Notes: generated from the letters alone by a model not told the origin. A stretch of DNA of 64,000 nucleotides from Deltaproteobacteria bacterium (GCA_016874935.1 VGSS01000001.1:21823-85822), one strand, 5' to 3'. Counted from the stretch's first letter, positions 1 through 10,110 are shown. Numbers and translations are program-made.

Positions 1-314
1 TAGATCAATTGGGTTCCAAAGAGGAATTTCCCAAAGTAGAAAGCAGGAGCGGCTATTTCAGATCCTGTAGAAAAGAGGATATCCGGTCTCTCTCTCAAAA
101 GGATCATAAATGTTTTTACGACCCCCTTTATAAAAGCCAACGGACCTCTGAAGATGTTTTCCACATAATAGGCGCCTTTCTGATCTTTCGTGGTCACCTC
201 TCGATAGGTCAATAAAAATTTCGGGTAGTCTTCAAAGGCGTCCCACAATTGAAGCATCTCCGTATAATGTCCTCCTGCTGAACAGATGAGTCCAATCTTT
301 TTACGTTTTTTCAT
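1..314 (-). CDS. Partial Alg14/PssD-like oligosaccharide-biosynthesis glycosyltransferase subunit (N-terminal part; gene runs off the window start)
   Basis: Reverse-strand translation from ATG at 312-314 gives MKKRKKIGLICSAGGHYTEMLQLW..., matching the GSGGH..EM N-terminal motif of Alg14/PssD-type proteins. The listed plus-strand ORF 9..215 is rejected as a shadow. Confidence 0.5.
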   Translation of the reverse strand, partial: MKKRKKIGLICSAGGHYTEMLQLWDAFEDYPKFLLTYREVTTKDQKGAYYVENIFRGPLAFIKGVVKTFMILLRERPDILFSTGSEIAAPAFYFGKFLFGTQLI

Positions 315-341
315 CTTCTTTTCGCTGGATGAAGCCACTTC

Positions 342-1364
342 TCAATCTCTTAAAGAAATCTCTTTTGCGCTGATGCCGAAACGTTTAAACCAGCTATAAA
401 TTTCTTCATTGGAAACTTTCCTCAATGCCTTTAACATTTTTCTTTTTTTCCACATCCTGGGAAGACCTTGCAATCCAGATCCGTAAGCTTTCAATAATAT
501 CCCGATCAAATGCCATGGAGAATAGATTTGGGTAAATTTTCCGGCTGCCCCCCTGTGGGTAAGCGCACCATAGGCCTGAAAGAAAAAACGCCAGACGGTA
601 AAAAAGGGGGTTAAGAGAAGAAGGGGCAAAGGGAAATATTTAATGGTAATCCAGAAACGATTTCTCTCAACATAAAAAGCCTTGAAGGGCGAATGCTGCC
701 CTCCGGTCCCGGAGTTTTTATGATAGAGGATGGCTTTAGGAACATAAAGACATTTCCAGCCTGCCAATCGAGCGCGGATTCCAATCTCAGCATCATCCGC
801 ATAGGCGAAAAAATCTTCGTCAAATAGCCCAATCTCATTAAATACCTTTCTTCGATACATGGCCCCGCAGCCCGGAGGAAAGAAGATCTCTTCCATCAGC
901 TCAAACTGACCCAGATCCTGTTCAAATTGACCCTTTGCCCGACTCAATCCATCCCAGTAAATAAGCTCCCCCACTGCCTCAATCTGGTCTCTTTTGTAAT
1001 AAGAATAGATTTTAGATCCCCACATTCCAACCCGGGGGTTCGCATCAATCGTTTTGACCAATTCTTCGAGCCAGAAAGGGCTGGTCCATGTGTCATTATT
1101 CAAAAGAACGATGTACTCTCCTCTCGCGGCTCGAATACCAACGTTATTGCCTCCTGTGAAGCCAAGATTGATCTCGTTTCGGATGATTTGAACGAATTCT
1201 CCGTATCGCTCCCGAACGAACTCTACTGACCCGTCTGTCGACCCATTATCCACCAGGATGGTTTCAAAATCGGAATAGGTCTGATCCTTCAGAGAATCGA
1301 GACATTCCTGAAGAAACCGCTTCCCATTCCAGTTGGGGATGATGACAGACAGCAGGGGCTTCAT
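342..1364 (-). CDS. Family 2 glycosyltransferase
   Basis: N-terminal VIIPNWNG...DNGSTDGS and DxD-type motifs typical of GT2 (GT-A fold). Confidence 0.85.
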   Translation of the reverse strand: MKPLLSVIIPNWNGKRFLQECLDSLKDQTYSDFETILVDNGSTDGSVEFVRERYGEFVQIIRNEINLGFTGGNNVGIRAARGEYIVLLNNDTWTSPFWLEELVKTIDANPRVGMWGSKIYSYYKRDQIEAVGELIYWDGLSRAKGQFEQDLGQFELMEEIFFPPGCGAMYRRKVFNEIGLFDEDFFAYADDAEIGIRARLAGWKCLYVPKAILYHKNSGTGGQHSPFKAFYVERNRFWITIKYFPLPLLLLTPFFTVWRFFFQAYGALTHRGAAGKFTQIYSPWHLIGILLKAYGSGLQGLPRMWKKRKMLKALRKVSNEEIYSWFKRFGISAKEISLRD

Positions 1365-1371
1365 CTTCTCC

Positions 1372-2211
1372 TCATCTCAAGCCAAGGATCTGATCCACCC
1401 TTGCAAACTTGAAATGGTTTAAAAGGAACTCCAATTTTTTCAGGGCGGAATGAATTCCATAATAGGAGATTAAACGATTGGTAAAAGAAAGCTTCAACCT
1501 CGGTGTCCCTTCATAACCTTCCCAGGGATGAAAATAGAAAAGAAAGGGTTGTTTTCGATTGATTCGTTTCAGTCCCCAATGAAGAAATGAAAGGGGAAAG
1601 ATTCTTAAATAGAACCCTCCGGCAATGGGGATTTTAAACTTCCATAACGTCAGCGGAGGCGTTGGAAATTCCATGAGGGGGCTGGATCGGTCCTCTTTCC
1701 TGACATCTTTCAAAGAGATCCGGTAGGGTTGCATCGGCGCTCCGCTCACCCCGTAGAGAGGATTTAATTTTACCGGAAAGATACTGGCGTCGTATTGATG
1801 ACCGAAATCCACAAGAACTCTGAGGGCCCACTTCGTCCGATTGTCGAGAGAGAAACAGGGGGCCCGAAACCCCTTGATCACCACCTTTTCAAGAATTCCC
1901 TCCATGACGGAATGGAAACGCCTCAACTCTTCCCTTAAGCTGTCTTCGTTTAGCCTCCATAAGGGCTGATGCGAAAATCCGTGACATCCTATTTCATGAC
2001 CTCTCTCAAAAATTGCACGAACCAGTTCGGGATGACGCTCGGCAACCTCCCCAACAATAAAAAAAGTTCCTTTTGTCTGATAACGATCTAACAGGTCAAG
2101 AACTTGTTGGGTGGCTTCGGGCGCCTGAAATATGGGAGGCCTTTGTCCCTCCAGCAATTCAGAGTGAAACCATTCTTCTAAATCAATCGACAATGCATTG
2201 ATTTTTTCCAT
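1372..2211 (-). CDS. Polysaccharide deacetylase (NodB/CE4 family)
   Basis: HGFSHQPL motif and overall NodB-homology pattern. Confidence 0.8.
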   Translation of the reverse strand: MEKINALSIDLEEWFHSELLEGQRPPIFQAPEATQQVLDLLDRYQTKGTFFIVGEVAERHPELVRAIFERGHEIGCHGFSHQPLWRLNEDSLREELRRFHSVMEGILEKVVIKGFRAPCFSLDNRTKWALRVLVDFGHQYDASIFPVKLNPLYGVSGAPMQPYRISLKDVRKEDRSSPLMEFPTPPLTLWKFKIPIAGGFYLRIFPLSFLHWGLKRINRKQPFLFYFHPWEGYEGTPRLKLSFTNRLISYYGIHSALKKLEFLLNHFKFARVDQILGLR

Positions 2212-2224
2212 CTGGAGATCTTAA

Positions 2225-2420
2225 TCGTTCCAACCATGGAAATTCCCTGAATTTTTTAGGTTAGGGCTACGGTTACGAAGCCCCTGCCTACCGGCAGGCA
2301 GGCGTTTCGGTTACCGGTCATGGTTACGTAAAAAAATTAAAAGACGACAACCGTAGCCTTTTATTACCGATCGGGCGTCTTTACCGTTACTTTTTCACCA
2401 TTACTTTTACGTAATCATAT
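2225..2420. repeat. Intergenic repeat family R4, copy a (ggttacg/cgtaacc-rich element), inverted relative to copies b and c
   Basis: Reverse complement aligns with elements at 42225-42400 and 59540-59695 (ggttacgaagccc...gtttcggttaccgg...ggttacgt...aaccgtagcc). Confidence 0.6.
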
Positions 2421-3485
2421 AACATCCGTATCTCCCCAATTAATATGCCACCTCTTCGGGTTCAATAGCTCCTTATCCTGTTCGTGGGGATAGAGCATGA
2501 ATCGAAATGTTTTTGGACTCCGAAGAAACCCATGCTTCCTCAATAGGCGATAATAGGGATGGGTTTCAGGGACCATGAAACCCAGCAGGTCAACCCCTTC
2601 CTTCTGGCTGTAAGCGATTCCTTTCTTCCCCAGAGCCGTTAAAGCATCCGCATCGATCGCTAACAAGTCCACGATCACAGCGCTATTAAATCCAAGGAGA
2701 TCCACCTTTCTGAGAATGATATAACCCCTCATCTCCCCCTTCTCCATGGCCCTATAAATGATGTAAGTTCGCGTCGGGTGATGAAGGTAACGCCATGTCA
2801 TATAACTCCGGCTCCGAATTCCCATGATGGGATAAAGGGAAATGGCTTTATCCCAAAAATGTTCAAACTGACTATCCAGTTCCCCAACTTTTTCGATTTC
2901 AATCCTTCCACTTTCTTTTTTTCTTCCCATGGCAAAAAGAAGGTTATATAAAATTCTTGCCAATCCACCGATGAGAAGGCTTAAGGGTAAAAAATGGAGG
3001 TAACGGTTTGCGATGCCGCTAAATCTTATCGGATAGACCAGAACCGGAAGGGGCACCACTTCCTTCCAACCAATTTTTTTGAATCCAGAAATGGTCTCCT
3101 TCCGGATGGGATAGGCAGTCATGAGGGAGTTTCCCTCCTCTTTAACACGCCGGATAGCATACCTCCCCATCTCCTCAAAAATCCCTTTTCTCCGATAATC
3201 AGGGGAAACCATCAGGTCAACAGAGAGGGTCCCACGGACAACTTTCCTATGAACAGAAAACTGCCTTGGAAGATCCGCAAAATGACCGATGATCTTATCG
3301 CCATCCTCCACGACATAAATCAGGGCTTTCCTGTCCGGCCCTCCCATGAATTCCCATTGCCAGAATCTTGGATCCAATTTGTCTTTTTCCATCTCGCCGA
3401 AGACAGTCCTTCTGAGAGATAAAACCCCCTTCAGGTCTTTCTCATCCCCCTCCCGAACTTTCCAGCGATGCATCTCATCCTTCAT
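2415..3485 (-). CDS. GNAT/FemAB-like acetyltransferase (about 350 aa)
   Basis: Acyl-CoA N-acyltransferase-like pattern; sits in a polysaccharide locus. Family assignment is approximate. Confidence 0.5.
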   Translation of the reverse strand: MKDEMHRWKVREGDEKDLKGVLSLRRTVFGEMEKDKLDPRFWQWEFMGGPDRKALIYVVEDGDKIIGHFADLPRQFSVHRKVVRGTLSVDLMVSPDYRRKGIFEEMGRYAIRRVKEEGNSLMTAYPIRKETISGFKKIGWKEVVPLPVLVYPIRFSGIANRYLHFLPLSLLIGGLARILYNLLFAMGRKKESGRIEIEKVGELDSQFEHFWDKAISLYPIMGIRSRSYMTWRYLHHPTRTYIIYRAMEKGEMRGYIILRKVDLLGFNSAVIVDLLAIDADALTALGKKGIAYSQKEGVDLLGFMVPETHPYYRLLRKHGFLRSPKTFRFMLYPHEQDKELLNPKRWHINWGDTDVI

Positions 3486-3516
3486 CTTGCTTTGCTTTCC
3501 CTTTGGATACGCCTTT

Positions 3517-4821
3517 TTAGAAAAGTGACCTGTCTCCTTTTCTCTTTTTCCCGCTATAAGGGCGATAAGCCAGGTAGAAATTTATTCCCAACAGGCAGAA
3601 AGCTATTACCCCAACGATAAAGAGGATTTGGATCATGGTCTCGTGGAATAAAGCAATGGCCCCGACTTGAATGATGGTCAGAAGGGATAGGGGATAAAGG
3701 AAGATGTTTTGACGGGTGGCAAGATGATAATAGAGCAAAATGAAAGTCAGGGAAAAGAATGTCATATTGATCGAAAAAAACCTGATCAAAGGACCGCATT
3801 CCGGATAGACCTTTCCGGTAAGCAACTGGGCGATCCGGTCAGTGAAAAGATGAGAGATAAGAATTCCCATGACACAGAAGCTGCCTGCCACCATTAAACT
3901 CCGGATCAAGACCGGAAAGGTCCCCTTATTTTGGGCATCCAGCAAGGAAACTTTCGGAAACATGACCATGACCACCGGAAGGGGAAGAAAGAGGATTATT
4001 TTGCCCACCATTTGAGCAATGGAATAATAACCGGCCTCAATAGGAGTGAAGAGATGTTTGACTAAAATCAAATCAATCTGTGTTAATATCATAAAGCATA
4101 AAAGAGTCATTCCCACGGGGAAAAAAAATCGATAAGCTTCCGAAAGGGACGAAGAGTCGTCCAAGATCAGGGGTGGCTGAGGATGGGCCTCCTCCCCTTC
4201 CTTTCTCATCGAAAACCCTATTAGGATAAGGGAAAGAAAGATCGTGACAAAATATGCGATAGCAATTGACCCCATGGCGCCCAGCACTCCCCATCCTCCG
4301 ACAACCAAAAGGATGCCCACGAACAGTTTAAGCCCTCCATTGAGAAGTAGGTTTACAGTCAATAGTCCAAATTTTTGCAGGCCCTGCAGTCCGCCCCATG
4401 GAATCGGTGCGATCATGGCAAAAAAAAGGATGACCCCCGTAAGGAGGATGACCCCCCGGGAAGAAATCTGGAGAAAGGAGGAAAGAAGGGAACTTCCCAG
4501 GGCTATCGCTAAAAAGAAAAAGAGGGCCACAGCCATCATCACCAAGAGGAAGTGCTTGAGGAAATCTCTTGTCTGCCGGTGTTGGGACTTGGCCTGAAAG
4601 ACAGAAACAAACTTGGTAATGGTGGTTTGAACGGTATTGGCCGGCACCGTGATGAGCATAAAAAGGGCCATCAGGGCATTGAGCTGCCCGTAGTCAACAG
4701 GGGCAAGGTGCCTGACCATAAAAAAATGATAGAGCAAGTTAAACAGGTTGAAGAGACCGATCCCGATGAACATCAGCCCTGTGTTTTTGAAAAACTCGTC
4801 TTTCCACTTCAATAATATCAA
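3517..4821 (-). CDS. Polysaccharide biosynthesis protein / Wzx-like oligosaccharide flippase
   Basis: 434 aa, polytopic membrane protein with 10 or more hydrophobic helices; 4-bp overlap with the neighbouring gene. Confidence 0.7.
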   Translation of the reverse strand: MILLKWKDEFFKNTGLMFIGIGLFNLFNLLYHFFMVRHLAPVDYGQLNALMALFMLITVPANTVQTTITKFVSVFQAKSQHRQTRDFLKHFLLVMMAVALFFFLAIALGSSLLSSFLQISSRGVILLTGVILFFAMIAPIPWGGLQGLQKFGLLTVNLLLNGGLKLFVGILLVVGGWGVLGAMGSIAIAYFVTIFLSLILIGFSMRKEGEEAHPQPPLILDDSSSLSEAYRFFFPVGMTLLCFMILTQIDLILVKHLFTPIEAGYYSIAQMVGKIILFLPLPVVMVMFPKVSLLDAQNKGTFPVLIRSLMVAGSFCVMGILISHLFTDRIAQLLTGKVYPECGPLIRFFSINMTFFSLTFILLYYHLATRQNIFLYPLSLLTIIQVGAIALFHETMIQILFIVGVIAFCLLGINFYLAYRPYSGKKRKGDRSLF

Positions 4822-6362
4822 TCTATCACCTCGTAAATGATCAACTCCTGATCCGCCTTTCTGAATACCTCCTTCAAATCTTTTGATTGAATTAAATCTT
4901 CTGATTGAATGGCCTCGATAAACCCTCGATTTATCTCCCGAGTATTTTTATTGACGAGGATATAGCGAACTCCCTTTGTTTTGGCAAAACGGATAACCTC
5001 GTAATAAGATTCGACAGGGCCTCCGGTTCCGGAAATTTCCTGTTGTAACATGATAAATTCCCGATCCGCATAAAATGTCTCCTGAGGGCTATTGCTCATA
5101 ATGATAGCATCGGGAGGGGTGTTCTGTTTTAACCATACCCCAACTTTTTTCTGAAATGCGCGATGCCCCCTCTCCGGTTTCAAACTCTGCGGCAATTGAA
5201 CTAAAATCACCAAAGCGATAATCAAGAAAATGGCATTTTCTGGGCTGACGATCTTGATTTTCTCCACATATCTTTTCATTTCCAGAATCCCTGCGCCAGC
5301 CCAGAAGAGAGAAAGAGGGATCACCGGAATTGAAAAACGGATGGTGGAGGGCAGAAAGGTCGATAAAGAAAGCAAATGGAAGAGCACCAGGGAGGTCAGG
5401 AATAACTCATAGGCGATACCTTCGCGCCTAATTCTTATTAGCCCGAAAAATAAAATAAGCCACAATGAAAAATGGTAGGCCCTCAGATAGTGGTAGGCCA
5501 CAGGAGGGAAATAGTGAACAATATTTCTGGTCATCCAAATAATTTTTGAATTCTCCTTTTCAGGGCTGCTCTGTTCAACCCCTTTAAAGGGGGTAATCTC
5601 CTCTACGCCCTTTTTAAATAGTTGAGATTGCGCTTCAACAGCCTTCTTGCTAATTAGCCACTGACCTGTTTCCTGGCGGACATAGATAACGTATGGAAGC
5701 CCGAAGATAAATAGGCTCGAAACTAAAACTCCAATGGAAACAAGTGGTTTAAACCACCTCTTTTTAAGAATACCATCGACGGCTATCCAAGCCAGGTAAA
5801 CTAAAATGTAGCCAATCGCTTCCGGTCTTGTGAGATAGGCCAGACCAAGGGAAAATCCTGATAAAACCATTCTCCATACTTTATCCCTTTTCAGTCCTGT
5901 CCAGAAAAAATAAACCGATAGGACCAACAATCCCCAATAAGTGGCCTCGGTGAGCATCATTCCCGAGTAAGTCACCAGGTAGGGATGAAATGTGTAAAAA
6001 AGTGCTGAAAAGATGGCTACTTTTCTACCAACGGCTTCTTTTACTAAATAAAAGAGGGGAATAATAATTATGGTTCCAAAAAAAAGAGAGAGCAATCTTC
6101 CGGACATTTCAACGTGTGTGGTGTCCATCGAAAACAGGGAAATCAAGAAAGGATAAAAAGGGGGGGCAGGTGAAGATAATCCTTTGGTAAAATGATCCTT
6201 TAAAAAATCCCTTGCCACAAAACCATAATGTGCCCCATCGTAGGGAATCCCCTGCGCCATCAGGACGGCATAGAACCTCAGGATAAAGGCCGTTCCAATG
6301 AGAAGGAAGAGGATCTGTCTCTCATTAAGGCTTTTAAAGAAACAAATAATTTTATTGACCAT
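4818..6362 (-). CDS. ArnT/GT39-like membrane glycosyltransferase (lipid-carrier dependent)
   Basis: 514 aa with a multi-TM N-terminal domain and a soluble C-terminal domain. Family assignment is approximate. Confidence 0.5.
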   Translation of the reverse strand: MVNKIICFFKSLNERQILFLLIGTAFILRFYAVLMAQGIPYDGAHYGFVARDFLKDHFTKGLSSPAPPFYPFLISLFSMDTTHVEMSGRLLSLFFGTIIIIPLFYLVKEAVGRKVAIFSALFYTFHPYLVTYSGMMLTEATYWGLLVLSVYFFWTGLKRDKVWRMVLSGFSLGLAYLTRPEAIGYILVYLAWIAVDGILKKRWFKPLVSIGVLVSSLFIFGLPYVIYVRQETGQWLISKKAVEAQSQLFKKGVEEITPFKGVEQSSPEKENSKIIWMTRNIVHYFPPVAYHYLRAYHFSLWLILFFGLIRIRREGIAYELFLTSLVLFHLLSLSTFLPSTIRFSIPVIPLSLFWAGAGILEMKRYVEKIKIVSPENAIFLIIALVILVQLPQSLKPERGHRAFQKKVGVWLKQNTPPDAIIMSNSPQETFYADREFIMLQQEISGTGGPVESYYEVIRFAKTKGVRYILVNKNTREINRGFIEAIQSEDLIQSKDLKEVFRKADQELIIYEVID

Positions 6363-7554
6363 CCATTGCAGCCCTTTTCACCTTCATAAAATGTTTGGTG
6401 ATGACATGAAGAATGATTTCTCCTGCTTTTCCATGCCCAAACAACTCCCTTTCACCTCTAAAGGATTTTCTACTTTCAATCAGTTTCAATCCATTTAAAA
6501 TCTTTCTGGTCCCTGCCCCAATCAATATATTCCATCCGCTTTTGACCGTTTCAACCCACTCAGTTTCATCCCTTAATGTTAAACAAGGAACCTTGAACCA
6601 GTAGGCCTCTTTCTGCACGCCTCCGGAGTCGGTCAGGATGGCCCTGGCATTTTTTTCCAGGGCGATCATATTGAGGTATGAAACGGGTTTAATTAGTTTA
6701 ACCCTATGGTCATCTGGGGAAAGATCGTAGGTTTTCATCATCTTCTTGGTTCTGGGATGAAGAGGAAGGATGATAGGAGCTTTTTTTCCGATCTCATTTA
6801 GGGCTTTCAGAATGGATTTTAGCCTCTTTGGATCATCAGTGTTTTCGGCGCGGTGGAGGGTGGCTAAATAATATTGCGGATTGCGGATTGTGGATTGTGG
6901 ATTGAAAAGATCTAAATCCTTAAGAATCGTTGGCTTCTTTTCAGCTATTTTGGAGTAGTACAGAATCGAATCGAACATTACATCGCCTACGTTTTTGACA
7001 ATCTTTCCTTTCCCATTCCTGACTCCCTCTTTCAATAGATTTTGAACAGCTTGAGTGGTGGGACAGAAGAGAAAGGTGGAGAGATGGTCGGTGAGAAGGC
7101 GGTTGATCTCCTCCGGCATCCTGCGGTTATAACTCCTTAATCCAGCTTCCACATGGGCTATCGGGATATCCAGTTTGGCAGCAGCTAATGCTCCGGCCAG
7201 GGTCGAGTTGGTATCGCCGTAAACAAGAACCGCTCCTGGTTTTTCCTTTTGAAGAACGGCCTCAATTCGTTCAAGCATGATTCCGGTCTGTTTCCCATGG
7301 GACCCCGATCCTACTCCCAGATGGTAATGCGGCTGAGGAAGATCAAGTTCTTCAAAAAAGACCTTATCCATCAGGTAGTCGTAGTGCTGACCGGTGTGGA
7401 CTAAGATTTCTTGAATCTTTTTCTTCTTGTTGGATATTTGAATGGCCCGGCTGACGACAGCGGCTTTAATAAATTGTGGTCTTGCACCAATAACGGTTAC
7501 AATCTTCAAAAAGGGGAAAAAGGGGGACAGGCTACTTTTTTTATTGCTTGCCAT
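6352..7554 (-). CDS. wecB: UDP-N-acetylglucosamine 2-epimerase (non-hydrolysing), WecB/WbpI-like
   Basis: KIVTVIGARPQFIK, HTGQHYDY and GDTNSTLAGALAA motifs. The canonical MKIVTV start would be a TTG at 7507-7509. The ATG at 7552-7554 lies inside a REP palindrome, so the N-terminal residues SSLSPFFPF are REP-encoded. Confidence 0.9.
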   Translation of the reverse strand: MASNKKSSLSPFFPFLKIVTVIGARPQFIKAAVVSRAIQISNKKKKIQEILVHTGQHYDYLMDKVFFEELDLPQPHYHLGVGSGSHGKQTGIMLERIEAVLQKEKPGAVLVYGDTNSTLAGALAAAKLDIPIAHVEAGLRSYNRRMPEEINRLLTDHLSTFLFCPTTQAVQNLLKEGVRNGKGKIVKNVGDVMFDSILYYSKIAEKKPTILKDLDLFNPQSTIRNPQYYLATLHRAENTDDPKRLKSILKALNEIGKKAPIILPLHPRTKKMMKTYDLSPDDHRVKLIKPVSYLNMIALEKNARAILTDSGGVQKEAYWFKVPCLTLRDETEWVETVKSGWNILIGAGTRKILNGLKLIESRKSFRGERELFGHGKAGEIILHVITKHFMKVKRAAMDGQ

Positions 7555-8245
7555 AAATTTTCCTTGGCCTTCCAATTGGCCTAATTGTAGATTCTAATCC
7601 TAAATCTTTGCTTAATTGTAACCTCCAAGACTCATTTCCATATGGAGCCTGTCGAATTACACTTTGTCGAATTCTCTCTAATTCTTTTGCTGTAACCGGC
7701 TCGTTTACATAATCTCCCCAATCTTTAGGTAATTCTAACGGAATGGTATCAATCAAAATACGACTTCTCATTCCCAATGATTCCTGGCTTGACGACCACA
7801 ACCAGTCCTTCGCTGAGTTAACCAACCCCGCTCGCTTTGGATTTCCTTCCACGTAACGCATCACCATCAATAAATGATTGTCCTTTTGAATAAGAAAGCT
7901 CTTATAGCGCCCCTGCCAAACGTGACCTCTTGTTTCATAATGCCGATGATATCGGCGCACATGACTTGTCATTAGCCATTGCATCCATTTGCTTAAATCT
8001 TCAGCGTAATTGGGCATCAAAATTATATGAAAATGGTTTGGCATAAGACAATAAGCAAAAATCTTAACTTCATAACGGGTCTTTGCCTCTTTCACTAATT
8101 CTATAAATGCCTCATAATCTTTGTCTTTATGAAATACTATTTGGCCACCATTTCCTCGATTGATGACATGATATACTGACTCATCAACTAACCCCCTTGA
8201 AATTCTTGGCATTCAAAAAACTCCTTCAAAAAGTAGCCTGTCCCC
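7522..8245 (-). mobile_element. REP-associated tyrosine transposase unit: RAYT gene flanked by inverted REP copies (7522-7540 and 8227-8245)
   Basis: gggggacaggctacttttt at 7522-7540 and its exact reverse complement aaaaagtagcctgtccccc at 8227-8245 bracket the transposase ORF. Confidence 0.75.
7541..8212 (-). CDS. IS200/IS605-family Y1 transposase, RAYT type (REP-associated tyrosine transposase)
   Basis: YHVINRGNGGQ...AYCLMPNHFHIIL motifs (HuH plus catalytic Tyr region) typical of TnpA_IS200/RAYT. Confidence 0.85.
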   Translation of the reverse strand: MPRISRGLVDESVYHVINRGNGGQIVFHKDKDYEAFIELVKEAKTRYEVKIFAYCLMPNHFHIILMPNYAEDLSKWMQWLMTSHVRRYHRHYETRGHVWQGRYKSFLIQKDNHLLMVMRYVEGNPKRAGLVNSAKDWLWSSSQESLGMRSRILIDTIPLELPKDWGDYVNEPVTAKELERIRQSVIRQAPYGNESWRLQLSKDLGLESTIRPIGRPRKIYGKQ

Positions 8246-8255
8246 CTTTTTTTTC

Positions 8256-8837
8256 TTAAATCAGTCTCACTCCAGTGGAATCTTTTTTGTATCGCTTGCC
8301 GCAGGCTTTGCATGTAGCTTTTCTGGATCGGAAGATAATTTCTTCAGCACACTGGCATACCCATCCCTTGACTTTACCCGGATTCCCATAGACCAGAGCA
8401 TAATCCGGAACATCCTTGGTCACCACGGAAGCGGCTCCGATAAAGGCATACTCTCCAATCGTATTACCGCAGACAATCGTTGCATTGGCTCCAATCGTAG
8501 CCCCTCTTTTTACAAGTGTTCGCCGGAATTCCTTCTTCCTCGATATAAAACTCCGGGGGTTAAAGACATTGGTAAAGACCATGGAGGGACCGCAGAAGAC
8601 ATCATCTTCCAGAACCACGCTATCGTAAAGGGAGACATTGTTTTGAATCTTGATGTTATTCCCCAGGATAGCGCCGGACGCAATAAACGCATTCTGCCCG
8701 ATGATGCAATTCTTCCCGATCTTCGCCCCGGACATGACATGAGAAAAATGCCAGACCTGGGTCCCTTCACCAATCTCAGCGGGATCATCTGCCACCGCTG
8801 TCGGATGAATGAAATATTTTATTTTCATTTTATTCAT
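8256..8837 (-). CDS. Hexapeptide-repeat sugar N-acetyltransferase, WbpD/WlbB-like
   Basis: VWHFSHV...[28 protein letters not shown] pattern typical of WbpD/WlbB. Probable ATG start at MNKMKIKY (8837) with a GGTGGGGG Shine-Dalgarno sequence. The C-terminal tail has a CxC..CxxC arrangement. Confidence 0.7.
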   Translation of the reverse strand: MNKMKIKYFIHPTAVADDPAEIGEGTQVWHFSHVMSGAKIGKNCIIGQNAFIASGAILGNNIKIQNNVSLYDSVVLEDDVFCGPSMVFTNVFNPRSFISRKKEFRRTLVKRGATIGANATIVCGNTIGEYAFIGAASVVTKDVPDYALVYGNPGKVKGWVCQCAEEIIFRSRKATCKACGKRYKKDSTGVRLI

Positions 8838-8930
8838 CTCGCCCCCACCCTTCCCCATCAGAGATTGCATTGCAGATCCATTCATCCCTCGAGAACCTCA
8901 GGACGAACGGTTTTTCCCAAAATGTATAGA

Positions 8931-9932
8931 TTATAGGCTTATCGGAACACCATTCTTTTTCAAAGACTCCTGAGCGGCAACGAGGATCTTCACCACTTCA
9001 AGCCCATCCTCTCCCCCGGTTTTCGGTTTCTCCCTCGATTCGATACATCGGATAAAATGTTCTGCTTCGGCCCGCAGGGGTTCCACCATCTTGATATTCG
9101 GGATAGTAATATCCCCAAACCTCAGACTTAAATATTCCCCATAAGAATCATAAGATAGACTACCTACCCCTTTATCATAAATCTTCAATTTCTCAGATGC
9201 CTCCATATCATCGAAGACGACCATCTTTTTCGACCCTACGATCGTGATCTTCCTCGCCTTGTGGGGGTCCAACCAGCTCAAATGGACATTGGCCATTTTC
9301 CCATCGGAGAAGTAAAGGCTGAGGAAGACCACATCTTCGATATTCTTCTGGATGTAGCTTTCTCCATGAGCTGAGACCACAGCCGGTTTTTCATTGAGGA
9401 GCTTGAGAATAACGGAGAGGTCATGAGGAGCAAATGACCAGAGGGCATTTTCGTCCTGACGAATGATGCCAAGATTGACCCGCTGTGTATAGACGTAGTG
9501 GATTCTTCCCAGTTCTTCGGAAACAATCATCTCCTTCAATCGATCAACGACCGGATGGTATATCAGGAGGTGGCCGACCATGAGAATACGGCTTTTCTCT
9601 TCGGCGATCCTCACCAATTCGTCCGCATCCCTCACATTAAGAGCCAATGGCTTTTCGACCAGCACATCCTTGCCTGCTACCAAAGCCTCCCTGGCTAATG
9701 GGAAATGGGAAATAGCAGAAGAAGTGATGACCATTCCTTTCACCTCCGAATCTCGAAGAATAGGGCCAATCTCTTCCACCATTGTTGACTGGGGATAGGA
9801 CTTTTGAAGAACAGACAACTTAGATGGGTCCGTATCACAGATATATTTTAGTCGGACTTTTGGAATTTCAGAAAATACCCGGATATGATTCTTTCCCCAC
9901 GCCCCGGCTCCCGCCACCGCAATGCCAACCAT
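8931..9932 (-). CDS. Gfo/Idh/MocA-family NAD-dependent sugar oxidoreductase (WbpB-like)
   Basis: N-terminal Rossmann motif GIAVAGAGAWGKNH. Probable start MVGIAVAG at 9932, preceded by a GGGGAGG ribosome-binding site. Confidence 0.8.
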   Translation of the reverse strand: MVGIAVAGAGAWGKNHIRVFSEIPKVRLKYICDTDPSKLSVLQKSYPQSTMVEEIGPILRDSEVKGMVITSSAISHFPLAREALVAGKDVLVEKPLALNVRDADELVRIAEEKSRILMVGHLLIYHPVVDRLKEMIVSEELGRIHYVYTQRVNLGIIRQDENALWSFAPHDLSVILKLLNEKPAVVSAHGESYIQKNIEDVVFLSLYFSDGKMANVHLSWLDPHKARKITIVGSKKMVVFDDMEASEKLKIYDKGVGSLSYDSYGEYLSLRFGDITIPNIKMVEPLRAEAEHFIRCIESREKPKTGGEDGLEVVKILVAAQESLKKNGVPISL

Positions 9933-9989
9933 AGAACCTCCCCTTAAAAACCATTGCAAAATGGACAATTAGCAATGATCAATTAGCAG

Positions 9990-10110
9990 TTAATTAGAGT
10001 CTGTTTATAAATGCACTTTTTATGTCATGCCAGACTTGATCCGGCATCCAGACGTCGTCCCGACGAAAGTCGGGAACCATCTTAAAAGAGCTGGATTCCG
10101 GCCTTCGCCG
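9990..10110. repeat. Intergenic palindromic repeat, family R6 (tgtcat..ccggcatccagacgtcgtcccgacgaaagtcggga..ccggaatgac)
   Basis: Shares the ccagacgtcgtccc core and attccggc/gccggaat arms with copies at 51795-51950 and 57715-57790. Confidence 0.55.

Noticed and set aside
9-215. Plus-strand 68-aa ORF at the window start
   Set aside because: It overlaps a much better minus-strand reading (ATG at 312-314) that gives an Alg14/PssD-like N-terminus (GLICSAGGHYTEM). It was treated as a shadow ORF.
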